58,204 nucleotides of DNA, from the NCBI RefSeq assembly GCF_006345805.1, contig NW_021833662.1, positions 1 through 58,204 on the forward strand. The letters run 5' to 3'. This stretch comes from Octopus sinensis (lineage: Eukaryota). A program made the translations under genes and the position numbers. Positions 53,974 through 58,204 of the stretch are shown one piece after another; the first letter of the stretch is position 1, and every line of letters starts with the position of its first letter. The notes under the pieces are model-generated. The model searched no databases, had not been told where the DNA came from, and saw nothing but the letters and a program-made list of their open reading frames with translations.

Positions 53974-54012
<39 letters not shown>

Positions 54013-54044
54013 AGCATATATGTATATGCTTATATATGCAGATG

Positions 54045-54245
54045 TGTGTCTGTCCGTCTCACCCAAACCATCGCTTTACAACTGATATTGGTGTGTTCAT
54101 GTCACCGTAACGTAGCGGTTCGGCAAAAGAGACCAACAGAAAAAGTACCAGCCGTACAAAGATTAAGTCCTCGGGTCAATTTGTTTAACTAAAGGCGGTG
54201 CTCCAGCATGGCCGCAGTCAGATGACTGAAACAAGTAAAAGAGCA
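54045..54245 (+). mobile_element. SINE family A 3' half
   Basis: AAGGCGGTGCTCCAGCATGGCCGCAGTCAGATGACTGAAACAAGTAAAAG. Confidence 0.8.
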
Positions 54246-54271
54246 AATGAATGCATATATATACATATAAT

Positions 54272-54316
<45 letters not shown>

Positions 54317-54532
54317 ATATATATTATATATTATATATATCTATATATATATTTATATTTATATGCATACATATGCATATATACGTATATATATATGCAT
54401 ATATATATACATGCATATATACACATACATATATATATATACGTATATATATGTATATATATATATACATATATATATGTATATATATCTGTGTAGTGCA
54501 TGTATGTATGTATCTCTTTCTTCTCCTTTCTC

Positions 54533-54575
<43 letters not shown>

Positions 54576-54844
54576 TATATATATAATAATATATATATAT
54601 ATATATATAATTTCACATTTATCTCTATTTCATTATTTTTTCTCTCTCTCATTCAGTCATCTTACCACACCAGTTGCTATAACATGTACATTCGTTTACG
54701 CTTAACCGTTTGCTTTTAGCAACAAATTAGACCTACTTAAAACCCTCAGAGACATCTAAGCTGAAACCAACCAGCAAAAAACACTTACAGCCAAAATCCC
54801 TTATACTAAAATTTCCGAAATTAATCTTTCACAATCCACTTGTT

Positions 54845-55042
54845 CCCCACAACTGCTTGATAACTGGTGTTGGTGTGTTTACGCCCCTGTAACTTAGCAG
54901 TTCGGCAACAGACACGATAGAATAAGTACCAAGCTTATAAGAAATACTGAGGTTGATTCATTCGACAAAAAAATTTTTAAGGCGTTGTCCCAGCGTGGCT
55001 ACAGTCAATTGACTGAAACAAGTAAGCCATAAAAGATAAAGA
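54845..55042 (+). mobile_element. SINE family A 3' half
   Basis: TGTTGGTGTGTTTACGCCCCTGTAACTTAGCAGTTCGGC...CAGTCAATTGACTGAAACAAGTAA. Confidence 0.8.
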
Positions 55043-55534
55043 TATGTTCTTCTTTTATCTTATGTCCATTGTCTGGAAATGTCCATCGATCAGAATGGAC
55101 TAAACAGAACAGGAGGAGACACGTGGGGTGGAAGTGTCGCTGAAGAAGTCACAGGTGTGTGGCGAAAGATTTCCAGAGAATGGACATACGATAAGGTAAG
55201 AATGATAATGATAGGCTTTAATGTACAGGTACATATATATATATATATATATATAATATATATGAGCGATTGTGTAGAAGGTGTACATATGTGTGTGCGC
55301 GTGTGTGTGTGTGCATAAATATACTTATTCGACATTTATTCCTTTATCCTAGTCCTAGTTTATTAGTTTCTTAAATGTTTATAACCTTATATCACTCTGT
55401 CTTTCTCCATTTCTTATTTTATTCTTATGGTTACATTTTATTTGATGTAGCCCTAATTACAGCACTTGATACACTATACGTAGCACTACAAACATGTTTT
55501 CATCTCTATTGAATACTCGGTGCTTTGTGAAATC

Positions 55535-55984
<450 letters not shown>

Positions 55985-56384
55985 TTGTTTTATTTATATT
56001 TCCTGAGCGCCATACTAATACAATTGTTCGTTTGTTTTCCACCTGCCTTCGTCTTTTGTTTATTTTCATAAAGCTTCCCGTTATATATATACATACATAC
56101 TTACATGTATACATATATACTTACACATATACATATACTTACATATACACATACACATATACATACATATATACATACATACACACATACATGCATATAT
56201 ATATATATATACGCATATACATACATATCTACATATCGGCGCGTACATCTCTTTACATCTCTTAAAAGACTCTTGAATCTTGGCTGCCGCATATTCGTTG
56301 TGATTTATTATACGAGATTAAATATTTGATGTCAGAATAAAAGATGAGCTCAAGAACTATTTTCAAGTTATAAACAGGGAATAA

Positions 56385-56432
<48 letters not shown>

Positions 56433-56733
56433 ATGTATATATATGTATATATGACTACATATATGTGTGTGTGTATGTGTGTATATATATTGTATACATG
56501 CATATATATATACACACACACACATATTATATATATATATATTATATATATATAATATATTATATATATATGTATATATACATGTATACATATGTATATA
56601 TATATATTACGTATATGTATATATGTGTGTATATATAAATGTATATATATTATTTTGGGGACAAATCAAAACCTAGGCAGAACTAGTATCTCAAGTCATT
56701 CAGAATAATTTAATCAGTGTAAAGTGAAGTTGA

Positions 56734-56811
56734 TGTCTTACAGTCGTTTCTGGTATAACCCAAGTGGTAGGTTAGCCTGTCCACGCACTGGGTACTCCGT
56801 CATCAGAGACA
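56734..56811 (-). ncRNA. Type I hammerhead ribozyme with long stem II
   Basis: TGTCT-CTGATGA-CGGAGTACCCAGTG...CACTTGGGTTATACCA-GAAAC GACT GTA^AGACA. Confidence 0.75.
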
Positions 56812-57041
56812 AGTTATGGATATTTTAGACAGGGAAAAATTTACAATTTGCAAGGAATAAAATATATTCACAATTTATGAAGAATAAAATTAAAGAAAGG
56901 TAGAGTACAGGCGGGAAAATAATGTTCACAACTCATCTTTCACCAGAGGATATGGATGTTGGTTGATCCTTCCATGAAGGTTCAGGTCCTTAGTTAAAAT
57001 CCATGAAAGTACAGGCCCTTAGTTAAAATCCATGAAAGTTT

Positions 57042-57386
57042 AACGTAGTATACAAGTGCACGGTACACAACAAATTACATATTTCAAGTAACTACTATAT
57101 CGGGTCTGTTATCGGGCTTAATTTTATACAGAGATATTCTTCACATATAAACTCATTTCAGTATATGGAGCATAGCAAATTTACCTCCCTAGCCAACCAC
57201 ATACACCATGTAATAAATAGTAAGATACCATATAGAATATCCTGGGCGATAATAGATTCTGGGGTCCCATACCAAGACCAGCGATCTACTTGTGGATTAT
57301 GTCTAAAAGAAGCCCTCGGAATTTTAATACATAATTCACCGCAAAAGATTTTTCTACATATTGCCATAGGTTCTATCGCACTTTAA
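57042..57386 (+). pseudogene. GIY-YIG endonuclease fragment of a second Naiad-type PLE
   Basis: One frame reads NVVYKCTV..YYIGS..QRYSSHINSF..TSLANHI..ISWAIID..PY..CGLCLKEA, paralleling 23830-24130. Confidence 0.8.
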
Positions 57387-57677
57387 ATTCTTCCATAGGT
57401 CCAAGTGCAAACAAAATCAACACGCATAACACCCATCCACAGTCGTTACAATATATATGTGTACATATATGTGTGTGTGTCTGTGTATATGCACATATGT
57501 ATATGCGTGCGCCTTATATGTATGCTTATATGTGTATATATATATGTGCATATATGAGTGTGTGTATGTATGCATGTGTATATATGTATATGTGTGTATG
57601 TATAAGTATATATATATATATATACACACACACTTTTTCTTTTTTGTTCTTTTCTTTTTCTTTTCCTCTACCTCCTC

Positions 57678-57716
<39 letters not shown>

Positions 57717-57717
57717 C

Positions 57718-57760
<43 letters not shown>

Positions 57761-58204
57761 ATTATATCAATCAGAGGAAAATGCAAAACCTCGGCAGAAC
57801 TAGTATCTCAAGTCATTTCTAGTTAGTTTCTATTGAATAATCTTTAGTTTTTGTAGATTTTAGGTTTTAATTTTCTTAATTTGTAATTTTAAGTTTAGGT
57901 TTTGAGTTTTTAATCTTTGAGTTAACTTTAATTCTTAATCATTTCTCTCGTATCATTTAATTGCTATTAAGCTCGAAATATAATTTTAAATATCTGCACT
58001 AAACTATTGTCTTTGTGGCCTTACCTAGAATGGCCTTCCAACCCCACTTTACTAAAATTTTAACGTTTGACCTCTCACCCCGTGGCAATACTAACATAAC
58101 TCTATCGTTAACTATTTTTTAAAATTCTTATTTTTACCCTTTTCCCCCTATCTTATTTTTAGTCCTTCTCTCTCTCTTTCTCCCCCACTCTCTCTCTCAT
58201 ATAT

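Overview
AT-rich, microsatellite-saturated eukaryotic non-coding DNA. The SINE families, mariner types and (TA)n/(TATG)n/(TATC)n load suggest an octopus/cephalopod genome (inference). I can support no intact host gene, tRNA, rRNA or CRISPR array, and almost all ORF-track entries are translated microsatellites. The real content is transposable elements: a near full-length but disrupted CR1-group LINE (13.6-17.6 kb, -), a 5'-truncated Penelope-like element of Naiad type (22.6-25.4 kb, +), two decayed mariners, a mariner fold-back MITE, RTE, R4/Dong-like, CRE-like and Tx1/L1-like fragments, and many SINEs. The main hidden signal is RNA-level. I read about 19 type I hammerhead ribozyme (HHR) motifs by eye, some degenerate or partial, from several distinct sequence families. 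Most sit in non-coding fold-back elements with one shared layout: left arm HHR on -, right arm HHR on +, usually next to microsatellites. One is a 360-bp tandem, retrozyme-like array with a compensatory U3-A8 core. The LINE and the commonest SINE share a 3' tail. All coordinates and foldings were done by hand; element boundaries are approximate.
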